Shown: in pieces, positions 1-7,640 of the stretch
Layout of the letters: the number at the start of each line of letters is the position of its first letter
How positions within the stretch are numbered: position 1 is the first letter of the stretch
Source of the DNA: a virus
Lineage: Duplodnaviria; Caudoviricetes
Virus record (IMG/VR): IMGVR_UViG_3300037478_000497
Span: 1 to 33,488 of that record
DNA length: 33,488 bases
Strand: one strand, 5' to 3'
Notes under the pieces: generated by a model
Databases searched by the model: none
What the model saw: the letters and a program-made list of their open reading frames with translations, nothing else
Told to the model about the DNA's origin: nothing
Position numbers and translations under genes: made by a program

Positions 1-133
1 TGCCCCCACGCCCGTGAAAAACGATTCACCCCAGATAACCCCATGGATTCGGGCCTTAGCAGCGGAATTGAAAACGCTACCCGTTGCGGAGCAACTGTTG
101 GATTCCGGCGCCGTCGGACGCATGGTGGATCCT

Positions 134-517
134 ATGAAACTCACAGCCACAATCCTCGCGATCTCCTTTCTCATGACCGGCTGCTCGGCGATCCTCATGG
201 AGACCGTCGATGACCGCTGGAAGCCGGCGCGAGAGCCTCGATGCACCGAGTCATCCGGGTTCGCCGTCTGGGACGGGCTGCTCTTTCTCGGCGGCGCAGG
301 AGGGGGCGTAGCCATGGTCGCTGGTGCCAAGGCTCTCGCCGAGGGAGGCGACAAGTCCCAGCAGGGCAACGTTGACCAGCTCGTAGCGCTCGGCATTGGG
401 AGCATTGTGCTTGGCGCGGTGCATCTTGCATCGGCAGGGTATGGCACCTACCAGGCCGATCGCTGCGCGAATGCACGCCGTCAACGTGACTGGTGGCTCG
501 CCGGAGAGCGCGAATGA
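134..517 (+). CDS. Lipoprotein with two hydrophobic/Gly-rich segments
   Basis: Start re-called to ATG 134 (MKLTATILAISFLMTGC): basic N-terminus, hydrophobic core, lipobox MTG|C. Two further Cys flank two hydrophobic segments. Stop overlaps next start (ATGA 514-517). Confidence 0.7.
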   Translation: MKLTATILAISFLMTGCSAILMETVDDRWKPAREPRCTESSGFAVWDGLLFLGGAGGGVAMVAGAKALAEGGDKSQQGNVDQLVALGIGSIVLGAVHLASAGYGTYQADRCANARRQRDWWLAGERE

Positions 518-1389
518 GCCGCCGCCTCAGGTCCCCGCTCTACACCGGCGCCAGCGGCAGGCTCGAGCTCGGCGCCGCTACGAAGCTGGACCACCGCTGG
601 TGGGCACAGCCGAAATATGACGGCAGCTTCACCACCGTCCGCACCGACAGCGCCGGTCTTGTCGCCGGCATCTGGACCCGCTCCGGCAATGAGCTGCCGC
701 GCAGGCTCACCGCAGACTTCTTCGGTGTCCGCTGGATCCCGGACTCGATCCTCCACTGCGAGGCCGAGGTATGGACGGAGGCGAGCAACCGGGTCTCGGC
801 CGCGCGTGGGTACCGTTGCCTCTGGGCGTTCGATGCCTTGCGCGTGCACGGTACCGACACCTCGAGGCTCACCTACGCCGAGCGCCGCGACTGGTTGCTC
901 CGTGCGGAGTCCATCCTGGCTCTGGCCCCGGACCGGCACTGGACCGATGACGGGCAGGGGGACGCGCACGACCTAGCCACGGGCCGCTACGTGCGCCGTA
1001 CGCCCCGCTCCTGGCGCCGTCTGCGGGTCGTGCCGCAGATGCCCGCGCACCAGGCCGAGCTCGCCTGGGCGGACTGGGTGGACCGTGGGCGCGATCCGGT
1101 GGAGGGGCTGGTCGTGGTCCGGTCCGATGCGCGGATCGGTCAGCGCGGGTGCAAGCAGAAGGTGAAGCAGATGGACGGGATTGACGCGGTGTGCCTGCGC
1201 CCGGACGGGGTCATGCTGTGGCGCGAGCGGCATCTGGTGTTCACGGTGCCGGTCCGGCGTGGGCTCGAGCTGGTACCGGGCTCGGTGTACGAGTGTCGCC
1301 ACGAGGGGCACTACGAGCGAGACGGGACGCCGAAGTTCGCGCGATTGGTGCGCCGTCGGCTGGACCTGGATGGTAGTATGGGGCTGTGA
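514..1389 (+). CDS. ATP-dependent DNA ligase-like nucleotidyltransferase (divergent, short OB domain)
   Basis: Motifs in order: I QPKYDG, Ia WTRSGN, III ILHCE, IIIa WAFDAL, YAERRDWL, IV EGLVV, V KQKVK, VI-like PKFARLVRRRLD. ATG at 514 is coupled to the upstream stop. Confidence 0.75.
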   Translation: MSRRLRSPLYTGASGRLELGAATKLDHRWWAQPKYDGSFTTVRTDSAGLVAGIWTRSGNELPRRLTADFFGVRWIPDSILHCEAEVWTEASNRVSAARGYRCLWAFDALRVHGTDTSRLTYAERRDWLLRAESILALAPDRHWTDDGQGDAHDLATGRYVRRTPRSWRRLRVVPQMPAHQAELAWADWVDRGRDPVEGLVVVRSDARIGQRGCKQKVKQMDGIDAVCLRPDGVMLWRERHLVFTVPVRRGLELVPGSVYECRHEGHYERDGTPKFARLVRRRLDLDGSMGL

Positions 1390-1670
1390 TCGAGATAGAG
1401 GTTTGGGCCGACGAAGACGGTGAAGGTTCGTTCTGGATGGCGGAGGCCGCGACTGGCGGATTTTCCGCAAGTGGACTGTCTGAGACGTCGTCATGGCTTG
1501 CTGTGGCGGACGCAGTAGCAGAGGTCATAAAACTATCGGCGTCGCCGGTGTGTTGTCCGTTCTGCGGTGCTCAGGCAGCATGGACTCCCTCTTATACGGA
1601 GAGCGACTTCGTATCGTGGGATGGCTCCTGCAAGGGTTGCGGCTCGATTCATATTGAACGATCTTTCTAG
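1386..1670 (+). CDS. Hypothetical protein with C-terminal Zn ribbon
   Basis: CPFC...CKGC; overlaps both neighbours (GTGA and TAGTG). Confidence 0.6.
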   Translation: MIEIEVWADEDGEGSFWMAEAATGGFSASGLSETSSWLAVADAVAEVIKLSASPVCCPFCGAQAAWTPSYTESDFVSWDGSCKGCGSIHIERSF

Positions 1671-2437
1671 TGCCCTTCGACCCTTCCTCACTCGGCTCAC
1701 CTCGCACCGACCTCGGTGGCGACATTGTCACCATCAATTCTGCGGACGACTTCCGTCCGCAGTTCGCTCGGCGAGGAGGTGTTGGCCGTAAGAAGCAGCG
1801 CACCACGATCGAGATCGTGTCTGAGCCGTTGCTCCATGACTTCGATCCGCTCATGCTCGGCGGTAAGCCCGCGAAGGCGATCAAGGAATCGCTTGAGCGC
1901 GGAATCAAGGCTATCTCCGAGGTGGCATCGAGGGCGACCCTAGAACGCCGCAAGCGCGCCCGTCGTCACCTCGAGGGCTCTCGGTCACCGCAGCAGGAGT
2001 CATTCCGACGTCGCGGTGCCCGCTACAACAACTCCTACGAGAAGCGCTACAGCGGCGGTCGCATCGGCACGAAGATGCCGGACCAGACCGTACGTTTGTT
2101 CAACGACTCGAACAGACTCAGCGAGGGACTGTTCGTGCGGCAGAATCCCGAGGACCGCGCCTATACCGTGAACGTGCCGGCGAACCGTTTTACGCCGGAG
2201 GAGTTCCCGGGTGGCCGCTTTGACTGGATGCTCGAGAAGCTACGCTCGCTCGTCCCTGCGCTACAGGATGCCCGCCGCCTGCTCGCTGACCCGGAGGTGC
2301 GTCGCGCGATCGACGAATCGATTAGCGACCTCATCACCAAGGCGCAGGCGCGACAGGCGGGGAAGCTACGGCAGCTGCACGCGGCGAGGAAGCGGGCTGT
2401 GCTCGGGCTGATCCGCGGGTTCCTTGGGGCGGGCTAG
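1670..2437 (+). CDS. Basic protein, possibly virion morphogenesis/tail-completion family (Mu gpG / P2 gpS-like)
   Basis: 255-aa Arg-rich ORF. SRATLERRKR and LFNDSNRLSEGL resemble the 'SPaTxxRK...LxDTGxLxxSI' pattern of that family. Recognised by eye only. Confidence 0.4.
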   Translation: MPFDPSSLGSPRTDLGGDIVTINSADDFRPQFARRGGVGRKKQRTTIEIVSEPLLHDFDPLMLGGKPAKAIKESLERGIKAISEVASRATLERRKRARRHLEGSRSPQQESFRRRGARYNNSYEKRYSGGRIGTKMPDQTVRLFNDSNRLSEGLFVRQNPEDRAYTVNVPANRFTPEEFPGGRFDWMLEKLRSLVPALQDARRLLADPEVRRAIDESISDLITKAQARQAGKLRQLHAARKRAVLGLIRGFLGAG

Positions 2438-2790
2438 TCGTCACGGCGAGACACCCATTCGTCGAAGCGTTCCTCAACGTCGTCTGGCCACCAGTACTCG
2501 TCCTCGCCGAACACCTTGGAAGCCCAGCCGTCCATGCGACGACGATCGAAATCGGCTTCTTGTTGCAATCTACGCTCTCGGTCGGCGCCGCCGTGGCAGG
2601 GTTTGCAGAGGAGTTCGAGATCGTCTAGGCGCTCGTGTCCCAGGCGCTCATAGGTTCGATGATGGACTTCGACTCCTGTGGCGCTGCATCTTTCGCATCG
2701 ACCTGACGCTCGCTTTTTGACCTCGACCCGGATGAGATACCAGTCGATCGAGTTTAGGTAGTCGCGGTATTTCTTGCTGTGTAGCTTCAC
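2434..2790 (-). CDS. HNH endonuclease
   Basis: CERC...EVHHRTYERLGHE...LELLCKPCH; N-terminal YLNSxxW...R motif typical of small phage HNH proteins. Confidence 0.88.
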   Translation of the reverse strand: MKLHSKKYRDYLNSIDWYLIRVEVKKRASGRCERCSATGVEVHHRTYERLGHERLDDLELLCKPCHGGADRERRLQQEADFDRRRMDGWASKVFGEDEYWWPDDVEERFDEWVSRRDD

Positions 2791-3317
2791 CGAGAACCTC
2801 TCTGCGTATTATACCCATACCTCCGCCCCATCTCCTGCGCCTCCATCGCCAGCTTCGGCGCCATCTCCTCGAGTCGCCACCACTCCACGTCCGGGTGCTG
2901 TCGCTGGTTTCTCCGCGGCAGGTCGCTAGGTATGTCCTCGACCCTATACGTGATCTGCGCCGTCGCCTCAGCGAGCTTGTTCCACTCGACCCAGTACGCC
3001 AGCGCTTGCACCAGCTTCGGCGCGGACAGGTCGATCTCCACGGACTGCGCCGCCCACTGCATTGAGTCCGCACGCATCGTCGTAAGCGAGGCTATCGTGT
3101 CGATCGGGTTCCGCACCTGGTGCAGGACGAGGTCGAATCGCTCGCTCGTCACCGGTTCGTGCCAGCTCGGCAGCGGTACGTGCCCAGCGGCGAGACACCA
3201 CGACACGACACCGTCCCTGCCCTCGCGCTCGTGCGGGGCATCGAGCCCCCACGACTCGAGCACAGACGCGGTCCACCTGGTACCGGACCGTCCGCAGCCG
3301 GTGATCAGGACGCGCAC
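2787..3317 (-). CDS. PAPS-dependent sulfotransferase-family protein
   Basis: N-terminal 5'-PSB loop LITGCGRSGT, 3'-PB motif LHQVRNPIDTIAS, downstream W..WN and YRVED. GTGA overlap with the HNH gene. Confidence 0.78.
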   Translation of the reverse strand: MRVLITGCGRSGTRWTASVLESWGLDAPHEREGRDGVVSWCLAAGHVPLPSWHEPVTSERFDLVLHQVRNPIDTIASLTTMRADSMQWAAQSVEIDLSAPKLVQALAYWVEWNKLAEATAQITYRVEDIPSDLPRRNQRQHPDVEWWRLEEMAPKLAMEAQEMGRRYGYNTQRGSR

Positions 3318-3505
3318 CCTGTGGGGCCCTGTCCGTTCTGTTGCTCTAGGTCGTATGCGACTTGACGGAGGGCGCTGACCATATCGGAGTTGTCCTCGGT
3401 GACGTTGTGATGAAAACGCGCGACCGCGTCTATGACGTATGCCCTTGCGGCGTCGTAGTCCTTGGAGGCGTATGGCCTGCCACGAGTGTAGTTAGGCTTG
3501 GTCAT
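3305..3505 (-). CDS. Hypothetical protein
   Basis: 66-aa ORF filling the operon gap; ATGA overlap with the upstream gene. Confidence 0.55.
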   Translation of the reverse strand: MTKPNYTRGRPYASKDYDAARAYVIDAVARFHHNVTEDNSDMVSALRQVAYDLEQQNGQGPTGCAS

Positions 3506-4959
3506 CGTCGTCTACCCCCCACTGGCGTTCCAGTGTAGCGCATCTTCACGAGCCTATCTAACTCCGCTTCGACTTCGGCCGCCTCGTCGCCGCCGGCTTC
3601 GATCGCGTCCTCGTAGGTGCTGCGCAGTCCCGGTCCCAGGTGCCACAGCTCGAAGCGCCTCCAGCGACGGGTATTACGCCCGTCGCGGATAGCCTGGCGC
3701 GTTGCAGCTGGCAGGGAGCCGAAGTCCGTCTCGTCGGTGGTGGACAGGGATCCCGATATGGCGCTTGATCCAGCTAGGGTACCTACCAGCAGCCGAGCAA
3801 CCTCGAGTGCCGCGGTGGCGCTTAGGCCGCCTTGGGGTTCGCCGGACAGGGCAACGACGCCGCCGACCTCGAGTTCTCCGTGCACGGTCCCGGCACCGAC
3901 TGCGGTACCGCCAAGCAGTCTTGATACCTCCGCTGCACCTGAGGCGGCCCCTGCACCAGGGGCGTTTCCGGATAGCAGCCTGGATACCTCAGCGTCGCCA
4001 GCGACTGTGCCGGCGCCGGTAGCGGAACCGGATAGCTCTACTGCGGGTGCCTGGTCTGCGATGGCGCCAGAGATGGCCCCGGTACCGACTGCATCCCCGG
4101 ATAGCAGCCGAGAGACTTCGAGATCGCCTGCTACCGCCCCTGCACCAGCTGCCACCCCTGCGAGCAGCCGGGTGACTTCGAGGTCGCCTGCGACCGCCCC
4201 GGCGCCGGACGCTGACCCGGATAACTCAACGGCTGGAGCCTGATCATCGAGGGTCCCTGAGATTGCGCCCGTCCCCGTCACCTCCCCTACCAGCAGGCGA
4301 GTGACCTCGGCGTCTCCGGTAACGCTCCCCGCTCCGGCTGTTGAGCCAGACAGGGTGCGTGTCACCTCGAGGGACCCGGACACTGCGCCCGCGCCGCCCG
4401 CTTCGCCGCCTACTGCTCGCGTGACCTCGAGTGCTCCTGATACGGAGCCGGCCCCTGCAAGCTCACCGCTGAGCTCTACGTCGGGGAGTGACTCGCTGTA
4501 CTCGGCATTCCACTCGACAGCGCCGACCTCGATTGTTGCGCGGGCGGCCGGCGCACCGCCGCTCTTTGTGCCGTAGACCCGGCACTCGACGAGCGCCCCG
4601 TTTGCGGTCGCCAGTTCGCTGGCGTTCCACGTGAGCGCTAGCACCGTGTCGCCGGTGATGCCCTGGTCGTCGCCAGCGCGCACGAGCGATCCATCCTCGT
4701 ATAGCTCGATCCGTGCCTCGGGTGTCCCACTACCGCCGGCCTTGCGCACGAGCGCGCGGAACTCCTGAAGGTCTGTGCCGACAGTGGGCGACCCTGTTGG
4801 CGACGGAAAGCTCACCCGTGCCACGCTGTCAGCGTTGTTGTTCGATGCGGTCAGCCACGACCCGTCCGGGGAATCCGGGTCGTCATCGACGTCGGCAACG
4901 CTACCTTCGAGGTTCGTCTGGTCGAGTAACGCGTCCGGTGCTAGGCGCTCGGAGGCCAT
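3502..4959 (-). CDS. Gly/Ala/Val-rich repeat protein, putative virion fibre/appendage
   Basis: ~160-aa N-terminal beta-rich domain, 12 tandem ~20-aa repeats (LSGxxxGAGxVxGxLEVxRL), charged C-terminal domain. Follows a fibre-type gene. Confidence 0.65.
   Translation of the reverse strand: MASERLAPDALLDQTNLEGSVADVDDDPDSPDGSWLTASNNNADSVARVSFPSPTGSPTVGTDLQEFRALVRKAGGSGTPEARIELYEDGSLVRAGDDQGITGDTVLALTWNASELATANGALVECRVYGTKSGGAPAARATIEVGAVEWNAEYSESLPDVELSGELAGAGSVSGALEVTRAVGGEAGGAGAVSGSLEVTRTLSGSTAGAGSVTGDAEVTRLLVGEVTGTGAISGTLDDQAPAVELSGSASGAGAVAGDLEVTRLLAGVAAGAGAVAGDLEVSRLLSGDAVGTGAISGAIADQAPAVELSGSATGAGTVAGDAEVSRLLSGNAPGAGAASGAAEVSRLLGGTAVGAGTVHGELEVGGVVALSGEPQGGLSATAALEVARLLVGTLAGSSAISGSLSTTDETDFGSLPAATRQAIRDGRNTRRWRRFELWHLGPGLRSTYEDAIEAGGDEAAEVEAELDRLVKMRYTGTPVGGRRR
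3730..4473 (-). repeat. Coding tandem repeat: 12 units of 20-23 aa (60-69 bp)
   Basis: Counted from the translation: nine 20-aa units, two 23-aa units ending DQAPAVE and one 22-aa unit, 248 aa in total. Confidence 0.9.
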
Positions 4960-4965
4960 GACGGC

Positions 4966-5343
4966 CTAGGTTAGCGTGATGTCCAATTCGCCCGAGAGGA
5001 ACTTCACCGGGTCATCGGTCCCGATTGCCTTACTCGACGACAGCGCTGCGTAGAAGTAGGCGTTCCCCGATGTGGACGCGTCGTGCAAGCCGAAGTGCGT
5101 CACCGTTCCCCATGACCCGCTCGGGGTATTGAACTCGACGTCTGCGCTGTTGTCGCTCGCTTTCGAGCTGGCGGCGGACAGGGTGACGGCGGCGCGAGCG
5201 TAGTTGCTGCCAGTCACCTCGGCGCCGGCGCCTTCCGGGTCGCCTACCCAGAGCGAAACGTAGATGGTGCTTGCCGGGGTATGCGCCTGATTGCGGAGCA
5301 GGTGGTCGATGATGAGGTTCCCCATGTACTCGGTAAATGCCAT
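4966..5343 (-). CDS. Small phage 'tail fibre'/minor virion protein
   Basis: Matches a widespread ~125-aa phage family pattern: YVSL..GDP...EV.G..YAR..VT...N...V.F..P...WGTVTHFGL.DA.T.GN......L...K.I...D...F..G.L.ITL. Confidence 0.75.
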   Translation of the reverse strand: MAFTEYMGNLIIDHLLRNQAHTPASTIYVSLWVGDPEGAGAEVTGSNYARAAVTLSAASSKASDNSADVEFNTPSGSWGTVTHFGLHDASTSGNAYFYAALSSSKAIGTDDPVKFLSGELDITLT

Positions 5344-5348
5344 TGGCT

Positions 5349-5525
5349 TTATCTCCTCTGGAGCGGGCTGGGTGACGTCTGCTGCAGGATACCCAAGACA
5401 CGCAGGCGCACAAAGGATGAGAGAGAGAGCCCATGGCGGCGTGCCTCGCTGAGTATTCTGTCCTTCTGTTCCGCGCTTACCCGGACTCGGATGTCACAGA
5501 TACGCTTGCTGATCTCGTCATCCAT
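5349..5525 (-). CDS. Ribbon-helix-helix DNA-binding protein
   Basis: IRVRVSAEQKDRILSEARRHGLSLSSFVRLRVL gives a beta strand, helix, G-x-S-x-S turn and helix. Start set at MDDE (5525); the track start at 5543 is an alternative. Confidence 0.8.
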   Translation of the reverse strand: MDDEISKRICDIRVRVSAEQKDRILSEARRHGLSLSSFVRLRVLGILQQTSPSPLQRR

Positions 5526-5544
5526 GCCGCCAATATGCCGCATT

Positions 5545-5592
5545 CGTCGGACAAGTGAAGTACAAAGTGCGGCTGCCGCGGTTTGTCCTACA
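5545..5592. promoter_or_regulatory. Candidate operator (imperfect inverted repeat) in the divergent intergenic region
   Basis: CGTCGGACAA (5545-5554) and TTGTCCTACA (5583-5592) are 8/10 complementary; they lie between the divergent RHH and terminase genes. Confidence 0.3.
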
Positions 5593-5638
5593 TGAATTGT
5601 TTAGGCACTTAGGATATCCAGCCCGCACCATGTAGCGC

Positions 5639-6061
5639 ATGGGGGAGGGCCCAAATAAGCCGCGGCGAAAGCCGAAGAGCGAAAGCACCCCGGGCGCGGG
5701 CGTTGATCCCGTCTCCCTCCCCAGCGGTGCCACGGCTGCGCCCGCGCCCACCTTGTCGCTGCCGGAGTCCGCTGAGGTGGACCAGCTCTTGTCTGCCATG
5801 GAGGAGGACGAGCAGTGGGGCCGCGTGATGTCCAGGGATCGCTCGATCGTCGCGCGAGAGCGCATCCAGGCGCGTTGTATGGCTAACCGGAGCACATCCC
5901 GCCGACTCGAGATCGCGCTCGCCCGCGAGAAGAATGCCTACGCGATCATGCTCAAGCAGAGCAATGATCGGGTCGAGGAACTAGGAGGCAAGGACGGCAG
6001 TGTTGTCCGAAGCGACAGCGCTCCTCCGTTCCGAGTCCCAACGGGCTCAGCGACTCACTAG
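5639..6061 (+). CDS. Putative terminase small subunit
   Basis: Directly upstream of and overlapping terL; 140 aa, helical and charged. Positional call. Confidence 0.5.
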   Translation: MGEGPNKPRRKPKSESTPGAGVDPVSLPSGATAAPAPTLSLPESAEVDQLLSAMEEDEQWGRVMSRDRSIVARERIQARCMANRSTSRRLEIALAREKNAYAIMLKQSNDRVEELGGKDGSVVRSDSAPPFRVPTGSATH

Positions 6062-7640
6062 GAGCGATGGTGGCCGGTATCTCGACTATGGCATCGAGCT
6101 CCGGGTGGTTGCCCAGGACGTTGAGGGCGGCGAGGAGTTCCTCCCTGGCCTGCCTCCGTTGCGCCCTGTCGCGATCGAACACCTCGGCGGGATGCTCGAC
6201 ACCGTCACGAGGAAGCTCGCCGGCCCCAGCGAGTGCCCGGTCGTCTGGTACGTCGGTGAGCGTCAGGCCTCCATCCTGCTCCGCCGAGATCCTGATCGCT
6301 CTCGCACGCTGCTCTATTCCTCAGAGGGAGGGGGGAAGACCGTGCTCATGAGCCAGTGGCTCATTCTGCAGGTCGTTTGGCTCCTCCAGGCGGGCGAGCC
6401 TGGCGCTATCGGAGCGACAGCCCCGACGCACGAGCGGCTCCAGACGTTGGTCAAGGCGATCGGCGAGCGCATCCCGATTGATGGCCCGAAGAGCCGCAGG
6501 GCCGGCGCATGGGCTACCTACTACACGGAGCAGCGAGAGTTCCGCTTCGCGAGCGGGCACCTAATTCAGTGTCGCTCGACTAAGAAGCAGAGCGAGGCAA
6601 CTGGTAGCCCGATCCAGGGCTTCACCTGGAAGGCGTCGGGCGACGATGAGCTCCAGGATACGGCAGCGAATGGAGCCGATCCGGATATCGAGATGCGCCT
6701 TCGCGGGGCGCGTACCAGCTACCGGATGTGCACGGCGACGGCGAAGGACTCTCCCAGTTGGCGAACTTTCCGCGACGCGAAACAGACGAGTCCGAACTGG
6801 TCGATCGAGCGCCTGAGCTACCTCGAGACTCCGTTTATCTGGCCCGATCACTGGCAGCGCGCAATGCAGGAGATGTCGCCGCGCGAGTGGCAGCGCCGTG
6901 GCCTCGCACTGGACGTCGGCCCAGAGCGAATGCTCTATCACACGTGGGACCGCGAGAAGAACCTCCGCCCGGTCCCTCGTATAGGCGCGAAAGACATCAC
7001 CTCACGCGTCATCGGTGCCGCTGCACTGGTCGGCCACGACCCCGGCAAGCTGTTCGACGTTTCGCTCCTACTCTGCTGTTACGAGGTCCAGGGCAAGCGT
7101 CTCTGGTGGGTGGAGGACGAGTACACGTCCGAGTCAACCACGATCGACCAGCACATCGCCGGCTTCAGGGCGTACCTCCAGGACAAGCACGGGCTCCAGT
7201 ACCCGGATCCGACAGAGCCGCAGGTACTGGTCCGTTGCGACCCGTACAGCGACTCGTCCGACAGCGCACCCGACAAGAGCGTCTATCTCGCGTGGAAGCT
7301 GGCCGGTTTCAGGGCGTTGTCCGCCGCGTACAACAAACAGGGGCTCGGCAAAGGCCGCATTGACAAGGAGGCTCGCATTGAGATGGTGTGTCGCCTCCTC
7401 GGCAATGCCGTTGGCGAGCGACGCCTGTTCGTCGCCTGCGACGATCGACGGACGCCAGTAGCACCGCGGCTCGTCGAGTCCATCGAGCTTTCTGAGCGTG
7501 ATGCGGAGGGCAAAGCTGAGACGCAGCGAAAGAACAAACGAGACCTGTCGCACTGGACGGCAGCGCTCGGCTATGCGCTCTGGCCGTACGAGCGCCTCCG
7601 CGACACCGTCGGCATCCGCGCAGTAGAGGGGCTGGGCTGA
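6000..7640 (+). CDS. terL: Terminase large subunit
   Basis: Walker A SEGGGKT, ATAPT, Walker B ASGDDE, coupling motif TAT, RNase H-like VGHDPG and VRCDP, C-terminal DLSHWTAALGY. GGAGG upstream of GTG 6000. Confidence 0.9.
   Translation: MLSEATALLRSESQRAQRLTRSDGGRYLDYGIELRVVAQDVEGGEEFLPGLPPLRPVAIEHLGGMLDTVTRKLAGPSECPVVWYVGERQASILLRRDPDRSRTLLYSSEGGGKTVLMSQWLILQVVWLLQAGEPGAIGATAPTHERLQTLVKAIGERIPIDGPKSRRAGAWATYYTEQREFRFASGHLIQCRSTKKQSEATGSPIQGFTWKASGDDELQDTAANGADPDIEMRLRGARTSYRMCTATAKDSPSWRTFRDAKQTSPNWSIERLSYLETPFIWPDHWQRAMQEMSPREWQRRGLALDVGPERMLYHTWDREKNLRPVPRIGAKDITSRVIGAAALVGHDPGKLFDVSLLLCCYEVQGKRLWWVEDEYTSESTTIDQHIAGFRAYLQDKHGLQYPDPTEPQVLVRCDPYSDSSDSAPDKSVYLAWKLAGFRALSAAYNKQGLGKGRIDKEARIEMVCRLLGNAVGERRLFVACDDRRTPVAPRLVESIELSERDAEGKAETQRKNKRDLSHWTAALGYALWPYERLRDTVGIRAVEGLG

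Noticed and set aside
14-95. Short palindromes (GTGAA-N6-TTCAC at 14-29; GTTGC-GGA-GCAAC at 83-95) as a genome end, att site or promoter
   Set aside because: Only 5-bp arms at the window edge, with no second copy seen and no integrase to give context.
3730-4473. Periodic repeats as a CRISPR array or DGR template
   Set aside because: Repeats are degenerate in-frame coding units without unique spacers; no cas or reverse transcriptase gene, and no adenine-specific variant pair noticed.
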